DNA of 32,000 bases from assembly GCF_001598795.1 (NCBI RefSeq), contig NZ_BCZP01000007.1, forward strand, positions 90,001 through 122,000, read 5' to 3'. The notes below the pieces were generated by a model. The model searched no databases. It saw only the letters and a program-made list of their open reading frames with translations, and was not told the origin of the DNA. Position 1 is the first letter of the stretch. Each line of letters starts with the position of its first letter. Positions 1 to 8,568 of this stretch are shown in pieces. The position numbers and the translations under genes are program-made. Source of the stretch: Delftia acidovorans NBRC 14950 (GTDB lineage: Bacteria; Pseudomonadota; Gammaproteobacteria; Burkholderiales; Burkholderiaceae_C).

Positions 1-291
1 GCGCAGCGCGAGGTGCCAGCCATCGGGCTGGCCACGGTGTACCGCAACATCAAGCAGCTGATGGAAGCGGGCGAAGTGCAGGCCGTGGACCTGCCCGGCG
101 AGGCCACGCGCTACGAACTCAGCGGCCGCGCCCACCACCACCATTTCCGCTGCATGAGCTGCAACCGCGTGTTCAACGTGCCCGGCTGTCCGGGCGACAT
201 GCAGCGCATCGCCCCCGAAGGCTTTGTGGTGGAGCGCCATGAGATGACGCTGTACGGCGTCTGCAGCGACTGCCACCAGAACGTGCAATAA
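1..291 (+). CDS. Fur-family metalloregulator (Fur/Zur-like), C-terminal part; 5' end lies outside the window
   Basis: Frame 1 is open from base 1. The translation ...GLATVYRNIKQLMEAGEV...GRAHHHHFRCMSCNRVF...LYGVCSDCH shows the Fur-family recognition segment (ATVYR), a His cluster and two CxxC pairs. Stop at 289-291. Confidence 0.8.
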   Translation, partial: AQREVPAIGLATVYRNIKQLMEAGEVQAVDLPGEATRYELSGRAHHHHFRCMSCNRVFNVPGCPGDMQRIAPEGFVVERHEMTLYGVCSDCHQNVQ

Positions 292-391
292 CAGGGAGCC
301 GCCCGCCTCAGGCTCAGCCTCGGGCCCACGGATCAAGAAGATGACAGCCAGCCTGAACCATGGCTGTTTCCTTTTTCACCCGCCCTTTGCC

Positions 392-1756
392 TCAGCGCCT
401 GCCCGGCCGCACGCGGCCTGCGGCAACACCGCCGGCCAGCAAGGCCAGCGCAGCCACCACCCACAGCATTGCCGTCTGCCCCCAGGCCTGCCGCGCAGGC
501 CGTGGGTTGGCCGTGAAGACGGGCTGGGCTGCAAAATCCTGCGCACCGAATGTGCGGTCCTCAAACAGGTAGGGATAGAGGAAGGCGCGCAGGCGTGCGT
601 GAAAGGCGGCGATGTCGTCCTGATAGGCCAGTTGCGCCAGCAGGTCGGTGCCGGCCTGGCGGTGCAATGCGGCCTGCACGCCCACGCCGGGCAGCAGCCA
701 GCCCAGGCGCCCGGTCCAGGCCTGGCGTGCCTGCAGGCCTGCGCGGTAGGCGGCGAACTGGGATGCGACACTTTCATCGCCGAGCTGCTGGAAGGCGTAG
801 TACCACTTCCAGTGAAAGCCTGCAGGCAGCGGCGCGGTGTCGCGCCATTCGGGGTGGTTGCGGAAAAAGCGCTCCATGGTCTGCTCGCGCGGCAGGTCCC
901 AGGCGCCATGCACGGTCTGGCGCTGGGCCAGCATCAGCTCCACGCCTTGGCTCACGGGGATGGCGCGCGAGAGTGCGGCATTGGCCAGCGTGGGCAGCAC
1001 CAGGGTCAGCACGGCCCAGCAGCCCATGAGGGCCATGGCATTGGCGACCGAGCTGCCGCCCAGCGCGGCAACCACCAGGCACAGGCCACTCCAGAAAACC
1101 ACATAGGCGGTGGCAGACAGCAGCACCGTGGCAAGGGCGCCCGCCGCTGCCCAGCCGGCCAGTGCGCCTGCCAGGGCAGGCAGCGCCACGCAGGCCAGCA
1201 CCAGCACGGAACGCAGTCCCGCGCGGCGCAGCCACAGCCGCCGCCCGGTGCCAGGCATGGCCTGCAGCATGCCCAGGCGACCCGATTCGCGCTCGCCCGA
1301 GACCAGGTCGTAGAGCAGCGCGATCAGGAACAGCGGCACCAGGTAGACCAGCACAAAGGCGAAGTCGAAGCGGCCCGCCAGCGCCAGCTCCGGGTTGAAG
1401 CTTTCGCCTTCATGCAGCTGTGCCTGCAGCGCCAGGGCGCGCACGCGCAGCACATAGGGCGCGGCATCGCGCAGGCCCAGGGCAAGAAAGGCCGTGGACG
1501 ATGGCGCATCCCAGGTGGCGTGAAAGCCGTAATAGGCCACCGAGCCTGCGTCGCCGGACTGCGCATGCCGGCTTGCCTGGGCCGCCATGTCCTGCTGCTG
1601 CAGTTGCGCAAGGCGGTCCAGGGTCAGGCGTTGCGAGGCGATCTCGCGCAGGCCAGACAGCACGGCCAGCGTGGACAGCAGCAACAGCAAGGCCAGGGCG
1701 CACAGCGCCAGGCGCGAGCGCGTCAGAAGACGCCATTCATGCAGGAGCCAGCTCAT
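392..1756 (-). CDS. ABC-2-type transporter permease, DUF3526-like (distal paralogue)
   Basis: The ORF track gives 392..1819. I prefer the ATG at 1756 (MSWLLHEWRLLTRSRLAL...) because it makes an ATGA overlap with the stop of the upstream gene. Multi-pass hydrophobic protein with the same N-terminal layout as the adjacent 475-aa permease. The DUF3526 label is from memory of this gene neighbourhood. Confidence 0.7.
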   Translation of the reverse strand: MSWLLHEWRLLTRSRLALCALALLLLLSTLAVLSGLREIASQRLTLDRLAQLQQQDMAAQASRHAQSGDAGSVAYYGFHATWDAPSSTAFLALGLRDAAPYVLRVRALALQAQLHEGESFNPELALAGRFDFAFVLVYLVPLFLIALLYDLVSGERESGRLGMLQAMPGTGRRLWLRRAGLRSVLVLACVALPALAGALAGWAAAGALATVLLSATAYVVFWSGLCLVVAALGGSSVANAMALMGCWAVLTLVLPTLANAALSRAIPVSQGVELMLAQRQTVHGAWDLPREQTMERFFRNHPEWRDTAPLPAGFHWKWYYAFQQLGDESVASQFAAYRAGLQARQAWTGRLGWLLPGVGVQAALHRQAGTDLLAQLAYQDDIAAFHARLRAFLYPYLFEDRTFGAQDFAAQPVFTANPRPARQAWGQTAMLWVVAALALLAGGVAAGRVRPGRR

Positions 1757-3180
1757 CGCGCCACCCTCCCCAGCCGTTGCGTGGCCAGCAGCAAGGCCAC
1801 CGTCAGTACAGCCAGCCATGCCAGCAGCACATAGGCGGCAGGCGCCGCGCGGCGCAGGGCCGCCAGCGGTGGATCGGGCTCGTGGTGGAAATCGGAGACG
1901 CCGCGCCAGTGCTCGTGGCCGATGCGGTTGTCGCGGCTCGATCGGTCGCCCGCATAGCTGAGCTTGTCCACCTGCAGGCGGTTGAGGGCCTGCACCATGC
2001 GGTAGCGATGCTGCTCGGCCTGCTCCAGAAAGCGCCGGTAGCCTTGCAGGTCGGTCCCGGCCACGGCCATGGACAGGCGGCGCAGCGCGATCACGGGGCT
2101 GATCAGGGCAAATGCGTCAGCCCGGCGCAGTTGCTCGGCCTGCAGATCGAAGCTGGCCTCGGCATGTCGCCTGAAGAGTTCACTCGTCAGCCGCTCGCCT
2201 TCCATGCCGACCAGGCCCTTGTAGTTGATGGGCAGATCCTCGACGCGCGAGACACCGTACTGCGCCAGCACCCTGGCGCGGAAAGCGGCGAAATAGGGAT
2301 CGTCGGGATTGTGGCTGTCGCCCAGCGCCGCCAGCTCGCGCGCGGTGGCGATGTCGGTCTCGAAGCGCGTGGGCAGCGCCAGGGCAGATCCCACCAGCTC
2401 AGGCACCAGACGGGGCAGCAGCACCACGGCGACGGCCCAGGCCGCCAGCAGGGCCAGCAAGGCATCGCGCCCGCGCCGCATGAAGGCCGAGACAGCGACG
2501 ATGCCCACCGCCCAAAGCATCAGCCACAGCACATGGCCTGCCGCCAGCGTGGCCACCAGGCTGATGGGCACCGGCGTGGCCACGGCCATCCAGGCCAGGG
2601 CCAGCAGGGCCGGCAGCAGCACCAGGGCCGCCACGCCCGCCAGCGCCAGCAGCTTGCCGGCCACGAACTGCCGCGTGCCCACGCCCTGGGCCAGCAGCAC
2701 GCGCAGGGTGCCGGCCTCGCGCTCGCGTGCAATGCAGGCATGGCCCATGAAGATCAGCAGCAGCGGCGCCAGCACCTGCAGCACAAAGGCCGGCGTGAGC
2801 TGGCCGAACCGCAGCAGCAGCGAGGACTGGCGCACATCGCCGAAGTTGGCGCTGTTCTGGCGGTGGCCCTCCAGAAACAGCGTATGGCCGGTGTAGGCGT
2901 CGATGCCCGCATCGAAGGCCGCCAGCGGATTGAGCGGGCGGAACACGAAGTGGCCGTAATGCACCATGCGGTGCGGATGGCGGTCGGGCTGGGCTTCGAA
3001 CTCGCTGTCCACCTGGGACTGGTGGCGCTCGCGCTGGGCCTGGGCCGCGCTGCGCTGGTCCCAGGCGGTGAAGGCGGCAGCGGCGCTGAGCAGCAGCCAC
3101 AGCGCCATCCCCAGCACGGCCACGCGGTCGCGCAGCAGCAGGCGCCATTCCTCGCGCGCAATGGTCCAGGCCGCGCTCAT
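1753..3180 (-). CDS. ABC-2-type transporter permease, DUF3526-like (proximal paralogue)
   Basis: 475-aa ORF MSAAWTIAREEWRLLLRDRVAVLGMALWLLL... with several hydrophobic segments. ATGA overlap with the ATPase gene stop at 3177-3180 indicates translational coupling. Confidence 0.7.
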   Translation of the reverse strand: MSAAWTIAREEWRLLLRDRVAVLGMALWLLLSAAAAFTAWDQRSAAQAQRERHQSQVDSEFEAQPDRHPHRMVHYGHFVFRPLNPLAAFDAGIDAYTGHTLFLEGHRQNSANFGDVRQSSLLLRFGQLTPAFVLQVLAPLLLIFMGHACIAREREAGTLRVLLAQGVGTRQFVAGKLLALAGVAALVLLPALLALAWMAVATPVPISLVATLAAGHVLWLMLWAVGIVAVSAFMRRGRDALLALLAAWAVAVVLLPRLVPELVGSALALPTRFETDIATARELAALGDSHNPDDPYFAAFRARVLAQYGVSRVEDLPINYKGLVGMEGERLTSELFRRHAEASFDLQAEQLRRADAFALISPVIALRRLSMAVAGTDLQGYRRFLEQAEQHRYRMVQALNRLQVDKLSYAGDRSSRDNRIGHEHWRGVSDFHHEPDPPLAALRRAAPAAYVLLAWLAVLTVALLLATQRLGRVAR

Positions 3181-3998
3181 GCCGCCGCTCCCTGCGTGTC
3201 GGCTTCAATGTGCGTGTCCGTGCCCGTGCCCGTGTGCGTGCCCGTGCCCACCCCTGCATAGTGGCGGTGCAGTGCGCGCACATCGAAGCGCTCCTCGCCG
3301 CTGGCCGCCACTTCCTCGACCAGGCGCCCGCCTGCGATGAAGCCCATGCGGTCGGCCACGTCGGCGGCCCCCAGCAGGTCGTGCGTGACCATGAGAATGG
3401 CCACGCCCTGCCCGCGCAACTGCATGAGCAGCCGGCTGAACTCGGCCGTGGCCTGCGGGTCCAGGCCCGAGGTGGGTTCGTCCAGCAGCAGTGCCGGCAC
3501 CCTGCGCGCCAGCGCCAGCGCAATCGCCACTTTCTGGCGCATGCCCTTGGAAAAGCCGGAGACTCGCCGGTCGTGCGCGGCAGCGTCCAGCCCTGCGGCA
3601 GACAGCGCCTGGCCGATGGCACCAGCCGTGCCCGGCTGGCCCGCCAGCTCCAGCAGGTAGGCCACGTTCTCGCGCGCACTCAGGTGCTCGTACAGCGCCA
3701 CGTTCTCGGGGATATAGGCGATCAGGGCACGCGCCTGCGCAGGCGCCGTCACCGGGTCCACGCCCTGCACGCGCACCTGTCCGCTGCGCGGCCGCACAAA
3801 GCCCAGCAGCAGGCTCAGCGTGGTGGTCTTGCCCGCGCCGTTGGCGCCCAGCAGCGCATAGATCTCGCCCGCATGCACGGCCAGGTCCAGACCCTGGAGG
3901 ATGGTGCGCTCGCCATAGTCCACCACGGCGCCCAGCGCTTGGAGCACGGGCGTGGAGGCAGAAGTGGGGTTGGAAGAAACAGGAAGGGATGAATGCAT
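3177..3998 (-). CDS. ABC transporter ATP-binding protein
   Basis: Walker A GANGAGKTT, signature-like SGFSKGMRQK, Walker B LLLDEPTSGLD, H-loop VTHD. Start set at the ATG at 3998 (MHSSLPV...), just downstream of the receptor stop at 4007. The GTG at 4064 would overlap the receptor by 58 nt. Unusual GTGTHTGTGTDTH tail. Confidence 0.85.
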   Translation of the reverse strand: MHSSLPVSSNPTSASTPVLQALGAVVDYGERTILQGLDLAVHAGEIYALLGANGAGKTTTLSLLLGFVRPRSGQVRVQGVDPVTAPAQARALIAYIPENVALYEHLSARENVAYLLELAGQPGTAGAIGQALSAAGLDAAAHDRRVSGFSKGMRQKVAIALALARRVPALLLDEPTSGLDPQATAEFSRLLMQLRGQGVAILMVTHDLLGAADVADRMGFIAGGRLVEEVAASGEERFDVRALHRHYAGVGTGTHTGTGTDTHIEADTQGAAA

Positions 3999-4006
3999 GG
4001 CGGGGC

Positions 4007-6211
4007 TCAGAACTTTGCTTGAAGGCCTACGGTGACGGTGCGGGCCGTGCCCGGCGTCACCCACAGCCGGCTGTACGAGCTGGTGTAGTAGGTCTTGTCA
4101 AAGAGGTTGTCCACGTCCAGCGTCAGGCGCAGCGTGGGGCTGATGCGCCAGTAGGCAACCAGCTTGGCCGTGGTGTAGCTGGGCAACTCGAAGGCGGCCT
4201 TGCCGGCATTGGCCTCGGCCTGCGTGCGGGCCTGGCCCAGGCGCTTGCCCATGTGGGTGATGCCGCCGCCGATGCCATAGCGCTGGCCGTTGGAGAAGGC
4301 GTTTTCATAGACGGCCAGCACGCTGCCGTTGACCTTGGGCACGTTGAGCAGGCGCCCGCCCACCTCCAGCGTGTTGTCGCGCGAGATCTCCACATCGTTG
4401 AGCACCAGGCTCGCATTCAGGCGCCAGCGCTGCGTGACCTGGCCGGCGAAGTCGAACTCCAGGCCCCGGCTGCGGATCTCGCCGGCCGAGACCGAGTAGC
4501 CGGCGTTGCCCGGGTCGGCCGTCAGCACATTGCGCTTGCGGATGTCGAACAGCGCAGCCGTGGCACCCATGCGCTGGTCGGCGCTTTCCCACTTGGCGCC
4601 CAGCTCCATCGAACGGCCGGATTCTGGGCTGAAGCCCGCACCGGCCACATCGATGCCCACGTTGGGCCGGAACGAGCGGCCCGCGTTGGCATAGAAGGTC
4701 CATTGCGGCACCGGCAGCCAGCTCAGGCCCAGGCGCGGAGAGGTCGAGGTCGGGTCCTGCTGCGTGGTCGCCCCCGTGCGGCGGTTGTGCAGCGACTGGT
4801 CGTAGCGGTCCATGCGCAGGCCGGCCACCACACGCCATTGGGGCGAGAGCTTGATGGCGTCCTGCAGGTAGAACGCCGTGTTGCGCTGCCGCTCGAAGGT
4901 GTCGGTATTGGCCGTGGGCACGGGGCGCGCACCGCCGTAGATGGGGTTGTAGATGTTGATGGCGTAGGGATTGGCCGCCGTCGGGTTGGCGCGCAGCATC
5001 AGCGTGTCCATCTCGAAGCGAAAGCTCTCCAGGCCCAGCAGCAGTTCGTGCTCGATGGCGCCCGTGCGCACCGTGCCCTGCAGTTCCGCCTGCACGGCGA
5101 TGTCGTCGGACTGGTAGTCGCGAAAGCGCCGCTGGCGCGTGAGGTCGCCATTGGCCAGCAGCGCGTGCGGCTCGGTGGAAAAGCCGTTGATCGAGGTCTC
5201 GCGATAGGACAGGCCCAGGCGGCTGCGCCACTGCGCGTTCCACTCATGCGAGAGGATGAACTGGTGGGTGCGGTTTTCCACCGTCACATCGCCGTCGCCC
5301 GGCTCGCCCAGGAAGCGGCTGCGCGAGATGGCGCCCAGCCGGTCGCCCAAGGCCACCACGCCGCGGTCCAGCGGCGTCTTGTGGCGCAGCAGCTCGCCCG
5401 AGTACTCCAGCACCGTATCGCGCCCCAGCTTCCAGGTGAAGGCCGGTGCGATCACCTGACGGCTGGCGCCTACGAAGTCACGGAAGCTGTCGCGGTCCTC
5501 CACGGCGATGTTGAGCCGGTAGGCAAAGTTCTCGCCCACCGGTCCCGTGGTGTCCAGCGCGCCACGCCGCAGGCCGTAGCTGCCTGCATAGGCTTCCACG
5601 GAATGCGAAGGCGTCCACAGTGGGCGCTTGGAGACCACGTTCAGCGTGCCGCCCGGCTCGCTGCTGCCGTAGAGCGCAGCGGCCGTGCCCTTGAGGAACT
5701 CGATGCGCTCCACGCCGGCCAGGTCACGTGGCGCATTGAAGCCGCGCCCCGAGGAAAAACCGTTGAACAGGGTGGCCATGCCCACGTTCTGGTCGCCGGG
5801 CAGACCGCGGATGACGATGTTGTCCCACAGCCCGCCAAAGTTGTTCTGGCGCGAGACGCCGCCCACGTAGTCCAGCACGTCGTCAAGCTTGGTGGCGCCC
5901 AGGTCGTCCATGGCCTGGCGCGTGATCACGCGCACCGACTGCGGCAGCTCGCGCAGCGGCAGGTCGGTCTTGGCACCGGCCGCCTCGTCGGTGTGATAGG
6001 CGCCCGAGGCCGTTCGGCCCACGACTTCCACGGCAGGCAGCAGCGCCTGCTCCTGCGCGGAAGCGGAAGCGGCGGCAGCGGGGCCGGGGCCGGAGGACGG
6101 ATCCTGACCTTGGGCCAGCGCAGGCGTGGACAGGAAGGCGGCAGCGCTCAGGGCAAGCGGCAGCGGGCGAAGGCGGGGAAGCGGCTTCGCGGGGAAGAAG
6201 AAGGCAGTCAT
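4007..6211 (-). CDS. TonB-dependent siderophore-type outer-membrane receptor
   Basis: Signal peptide ...LSAAAFLSTPALAQG. Plug-domain motifs LPAVEVVG, ELPQSVRVITRQAMDD, ERIEFLKGTAAALYGSSEPGGTLNVVSKRP. Long beta-barrel ending in a terminal aromatic (...TVGLQAKF). Start at the ATG at 6211 (MTAFFFPAK...) rather than the upstream alternative at 6274. Confidence 0.9.
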   Translation of the reverse strand: MTAFFFPAKPLPRLRPLPLALSAAAFLSTPALAQGQDPSSGPGPAAAASASAQEQALLPAVEVVGRTASGAYHTDEAAGAKTDLPLRELPQSVRVITRQAMDDLGATKLDDVLDYVGGVSRQNNFGGLWDNIVIRGLPGDQNVGMATLFNGFSSGRGFNAPRDLAGVERIEFLKGTAAALYGSSEPGGTLNVVSKRPLWTPSHSVEAYAGSYGLRRGALDTTGPVGENFAYRLNIAVEDRDSFRDFVGASRQVIAPAFTWKLGRDTVLEYSGELLRHKTPLDRGVVALGDRLGAISRSRFLGEPGDGDVTVENRTHQFILSHEWNAQWRSRLGLSYRETSINGFSTEPHALLANGDLTRQRRFRDYQSDDIAVQAELQGTVRTGAIEHELLLGLESFRFEMDTLMLRANPTAANPYAINIYNPIYGGARPVPTANTDTFERQRNTAFYLQDAIKLSPQWRVVAGLRMDRYDQSLHNRRTGATTQQDPTSTSPRLGLSWLPVPQWTFYANAGRSFRPNVGIDVAGAGFSPESGRSMELGAKWESADQRMGATAALFDIRKRNVLTADPGNAGYSVSAGEIRSRGLEFDFAGQVTQRWRLNASLVLNDVEISRDNTLEVGGRLLNVPKVNGSVLAVYENAFSNGQRYGIGGGITHMGKRLGQARTQAEANAGKAAFELPSYTTAKLVAYWRISPTLRLTLDVDNLFDKTYYTSSYSRLWVTPGTARTVTVGLQAKF

Positions 6212-6328
6212 GGTGAAAACGGGCACAGGCGCATGCCGCCGGCATCCACAGCCGGCGCGCGCAAACACGGACATGCCGCCAGCACCAACGGGTGCTGGCG
6301 GCAGAGAAGGAGAAAAGTGCTTGCGGGT

Positions 6329-6718
6329 TCAGCGCGGCGGGTCGCGCGATGCAAAGGCCCAGCGGTTCTGCGAGGGGATGGCGCCGCCCACGGTGCGCGG
6401 CGGCACCCTCTCAGGCGGCGCGGCCACGGCCAGCGGCAGGCCGAAGTGCGGCAGCCAGGCCGCCGCATGCGGTGCATGGCCCATGCACCATACGCAGACG
6501 GCTTCGGCGGCTTCGACGACTTCAGCCTTTTCGCCAGCCTGGCCGCGTTGGCCGGCCTGGCCGGTCAGCGCATCATCTTCGCAGCCGTTGAGGCCTGCAA
6601 AAGCCTGGGCAGGCCCGGCCACCGCCTGCCGGATATGCGTTGCGCCGTGCAGGGGCATGCCAATGGCCGTGTTGAAAAACACGGCCAGCAATAGCAGACG
6701 CAAAACAAGCAGACGCAT
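6329..6718 (-). CDS. small secreted Cys-containing protein, first gene of the receptor operon (possibly DUF2946-like)
   Basis: 129-aa ORF with N-terminal signal-like MRLLVLRLLLLAVFFNTAIG and a CVWC pair. It sits directly upstream of a TonB-dependent receptor, as DUF2946 genes often do. The family call is from memory and weak. Confidence 0.45.
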   Translation of the reverse strand: MRLLVLRLLLLAVFFNTAIGMPLHGATHIRQAVAGPAQAFAGLNGCEDDALTGQAGQRGQAGEKAEVVEAAEAVCVWCMGHAPHAAAWLPHFGLPLAVAAPPERVPPRTVGGAIPSQNRWAFASRDPPR

Positions 6719-6742
6719 GAGACGGCGATCTTACTATTGACA

Positions 6743-6758
6743 GTTAAATATCATTAAC
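6743..6758. promoter_or_regulatory. candidate Fur-family operator (GTTAA-N6-TTAAC inverted repeat) in the receptor-operon promoter region
   Basis: gttaaatatcattaac is an AT-rich imperfect palindrome 25-40 bp upstream of the 6718 start. On the coding strand it reads TTAATGATATTTAAC, partly resembling the Fur-box core AATGATAAT. A Fur-family gene lies at the other end of the operon. Confidence 0.3.
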
Positions 6759-6852
6759 AACCCGCCGCCATTTTCTGCACAGGGCCGGGACAGCAGCGCG
6801 GGAATATGCCACCGGCATGTGACAGGCCGATTGGCGATTTTCAGCCTTGCGC

Positions 6853-7467
6853 CTATTTATCTGCCGGTCCCACGCCCCGGAAGAACATGTCGCAGATCTG
6901 GTCCGCCACCTTCTCCAGCGAGCCCTTGCGGGGGTTGAACCAGGACTGTATGGAGTTGATGCTGCCCAGGATCATGATGCGCGCCAAGTGGATGTCGGCG
7001 TCGGCCCGCAGGCGGCCTTCGGCGCGCAGGTCTTCGAGCAGGCCGCTCCAGAATTTCTGGTGGCGCTCGCGGCGCTTGATCTGGCGCTCGCGCACCTTGT
7101 CGGGCAGCTGGCCCAGCAGCCGGCCGTGGGCCAGGGCGAAGTCGCCATGCTTTACCAGCCCCGCCATCTGGCCCAGCACGGCTGCGCGAAAGCGCTGCTC
7201 GGCCGTGGCGTCGGCGCCCAGCGCGGCAAGGCGCTCCTGCTGCTGGCTGATGATGCGGTTACCGCCCTGCTCCATGACCTCGTCCACCAGTTCCTCCTTG
7301 GAGGCGAAGTGGTAGTAGATGCTGGCGGCCTCGATCCCGGACTGCTCGGCAATGTTGCGCATGGTGGTGGCAGAGTAGCCCTGCTCACCGAAGGTGCGGG
7401 CGGCCAGCTTGAGAAGGGTCTCGCGGGTCTCGTTGCCGTCGTGGGCGCTGGTCTGCCTTCTTGCCAT
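6853..7467 (-). CDS. TetR/AcrR-family transcriptional regulator
   Basis: The N-terminal HTH ETLLKLAARTFGEQGYSATTMRNIAEQSGIEAASIYYHFASKEELV is the canonical TetR signature. 204 aa. Confidence 0.9.
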   Translation of the reverse strand: MARRQTSAHDGNETRETLLKLAARTFGEQGYSATTMRNIAEQSGIEAASIYYHFASKEELVDEVMEQGGNRIISQQQERLAALGADATAEQRFRAAVLGQMAGLVKHGDFALAHGRLLGQLPDKVRERQIKRRERHQKFWSGLLEDLRAEGRLRADADIHLARIMILGSINSIQSWFNPRKGSLEKVADQICDMFFRGVGPADK

Positions 7468-8235
7468 GTCTGCCAGGTGGTGGATCGTTGTAGTGCGGCG
7501 ATCCTAACAGGCTGTTGGTAGCGCGCCAATCAAGCGTTCGGTGCCTGCCGCCCGCCGACTGCCGCATGGCCGGGCCGCGAAATCCGTTTCAAGAATCACC
7601 CTTGAAACAACTGCAGGCTGCAATGGCTCCGGCAATCGGGAAGCCGATGCGCTTGTCCTGTATCGACAGAAGGTGCCGCCATTCACCATTCGAAAAATCG
7701 GTCTTTAACAATAAAAAAAACCTATCCTGCAAATCGATTATTCAAATGAAACCACAGGCATCAATCAATGCATTGAATAACTCGATCAAATCACATGTAA
7801 TATATTTTATAAATCGATTTTATGATTTGATTGATAAAATGCAAATGTTGATTGTTTTCCATACCCAAGGCGGAACTTTCGCGGCCAACGTTGCGCACTC
7901 CCCTGAAAAAGCCATGACAGCACGTCGTCTCCAGAGGAGGAAGCACCAACCACAGTGCTCTGCAAATGTAACAACGGCACAACAGCTTTTGTAAAGTGCC
8001 GGTTATCCAGATTGCCCTGGATATAATGCGGATCGCCTTGGAATATGCCCAGGCATGAGAAGAAGCGCCCTACCCTCCATAGAGCGCCAACATCATCAGT
8101 ATTTGTACTTACGGTGAGTTCTTCATCCCCACTGCACATGCACCAGAATTGACCATTCTGCAAAGAGTCCTGGGTCCAGGCTCTTGCTGCGCAGTTTTCA
8201 CACAAATAGCCGCACTTAGAAATTCTTCCATCAAG

Positions 8236-8514
8236 ATGACTACATACCAAGAGCTGATTGCCCAGAAAAAATTGCTCGACCAGCAAATCGACGACGCCCG
8301 CAAGCTGGAGTCCAAAGCGGCCCTGGCATCGGTGCAGGAGCTGGTCCGTGAGTTCGGCTTCACAGCACAACAGGTCTTCCCCTGGAAGCCCGATGGCAAA
8401 AAGAGCGCTCCCGCCAAATACCAGGACCCCGAGTCCGGCAAGACCTGGACCGGCCGCGGCAAGCCGCCGAACTGGATCCTGGGCAAGGACCGCACCCTGT
8501 TCGAAATCAAGTGA
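8236..8514 (+). CDS. H-NS-family nucleoid-associated protein (xenogeneic-silencer type)
   Basis: 92 aa from the ATG at 8236 (MTTYQELIAQKKLLDQQIDDARKLE...). Coiled-coil N-terminus and the C-terminal DNA-binding motif KYQDPESGKTWTGRGKPPNWI, matching the H-NS xTWxGRGxxPxW core. The 8149 start in the ORF track would add a non-homologous extension. Confidence 0.85.
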   Translation: MTTYQELIAQKKLLDQQIDDARKLESKAALASVQELVREFGFTAQQVFPWKPDGKKSAPAKYQDPESGKTWTGRGKPPNWILGKDRTLFEIK

Positions 8515-8521
8515 GTCCCTG

Positions 8522-8561
8522 CCGCGCATGTGCCCGCCCGCTCGGCGGCGCACATGCGCGG
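8522..8561. terminator. GC-rich hairpin between convergent hns-like and ridA-like genes (possible bidirectional terminator)
   Basis: A perfect 12-bp stem (8522-8533 ccgcgcatgtgc / 8550-8561 gcacatgcgcgg) is extended by ccgcc/ggcgg with a one-base bulge and a 5-nt loop. There is no clear U-tract on either side. Confidence 0.45.
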
Positions 8562-8568
8562 ATGAGCG

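Noticed and set aside
291-392. Possible terminator between the convergent Fur-family gene and the last permease gene
   Set aside because: Only short GC-rich complementary runs (gcccg...cgggc with a 15-nt loop) and no U-tract; not convincing.
341-6694. Long plus-strand ORFs (341..1834, 1420..3261, 3491..6694, 6126..6740) opposite the receptor/ABC operon
   Set aside because: Same high-GC shadow-ORF artefact. Their products are Arg/Ala/Gly/Pro/Gln-rich with no motifs, whereas the minus-strand frames carry Walker, plug-domain and membrane signatures.
8149-8235. N-terminal extension of the H-NS-like ORF (start at 8149)
   Set aside because: The extra 29 residues (MTILQRVLGPGSCCAVFTQIAALRNSSIK) have no H-NS homology. 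The ATG at 8236 gives a protein of typical H-NS-family size that begins at the coiled coil.
7515-8553. ORFs 7515..7994 (+), 7807..8553 (-) and 8109..8555 (-) in and around the AT-rich hns leader
   Set aside because: They have no ribosome-binding context and heterogeneous composition across a GC transition. They overlap the well-supported hns-like gene or its leader. They are best read as chance ORFs, although a small RNA or peptide in the 770-bp leader cannot be excluded.
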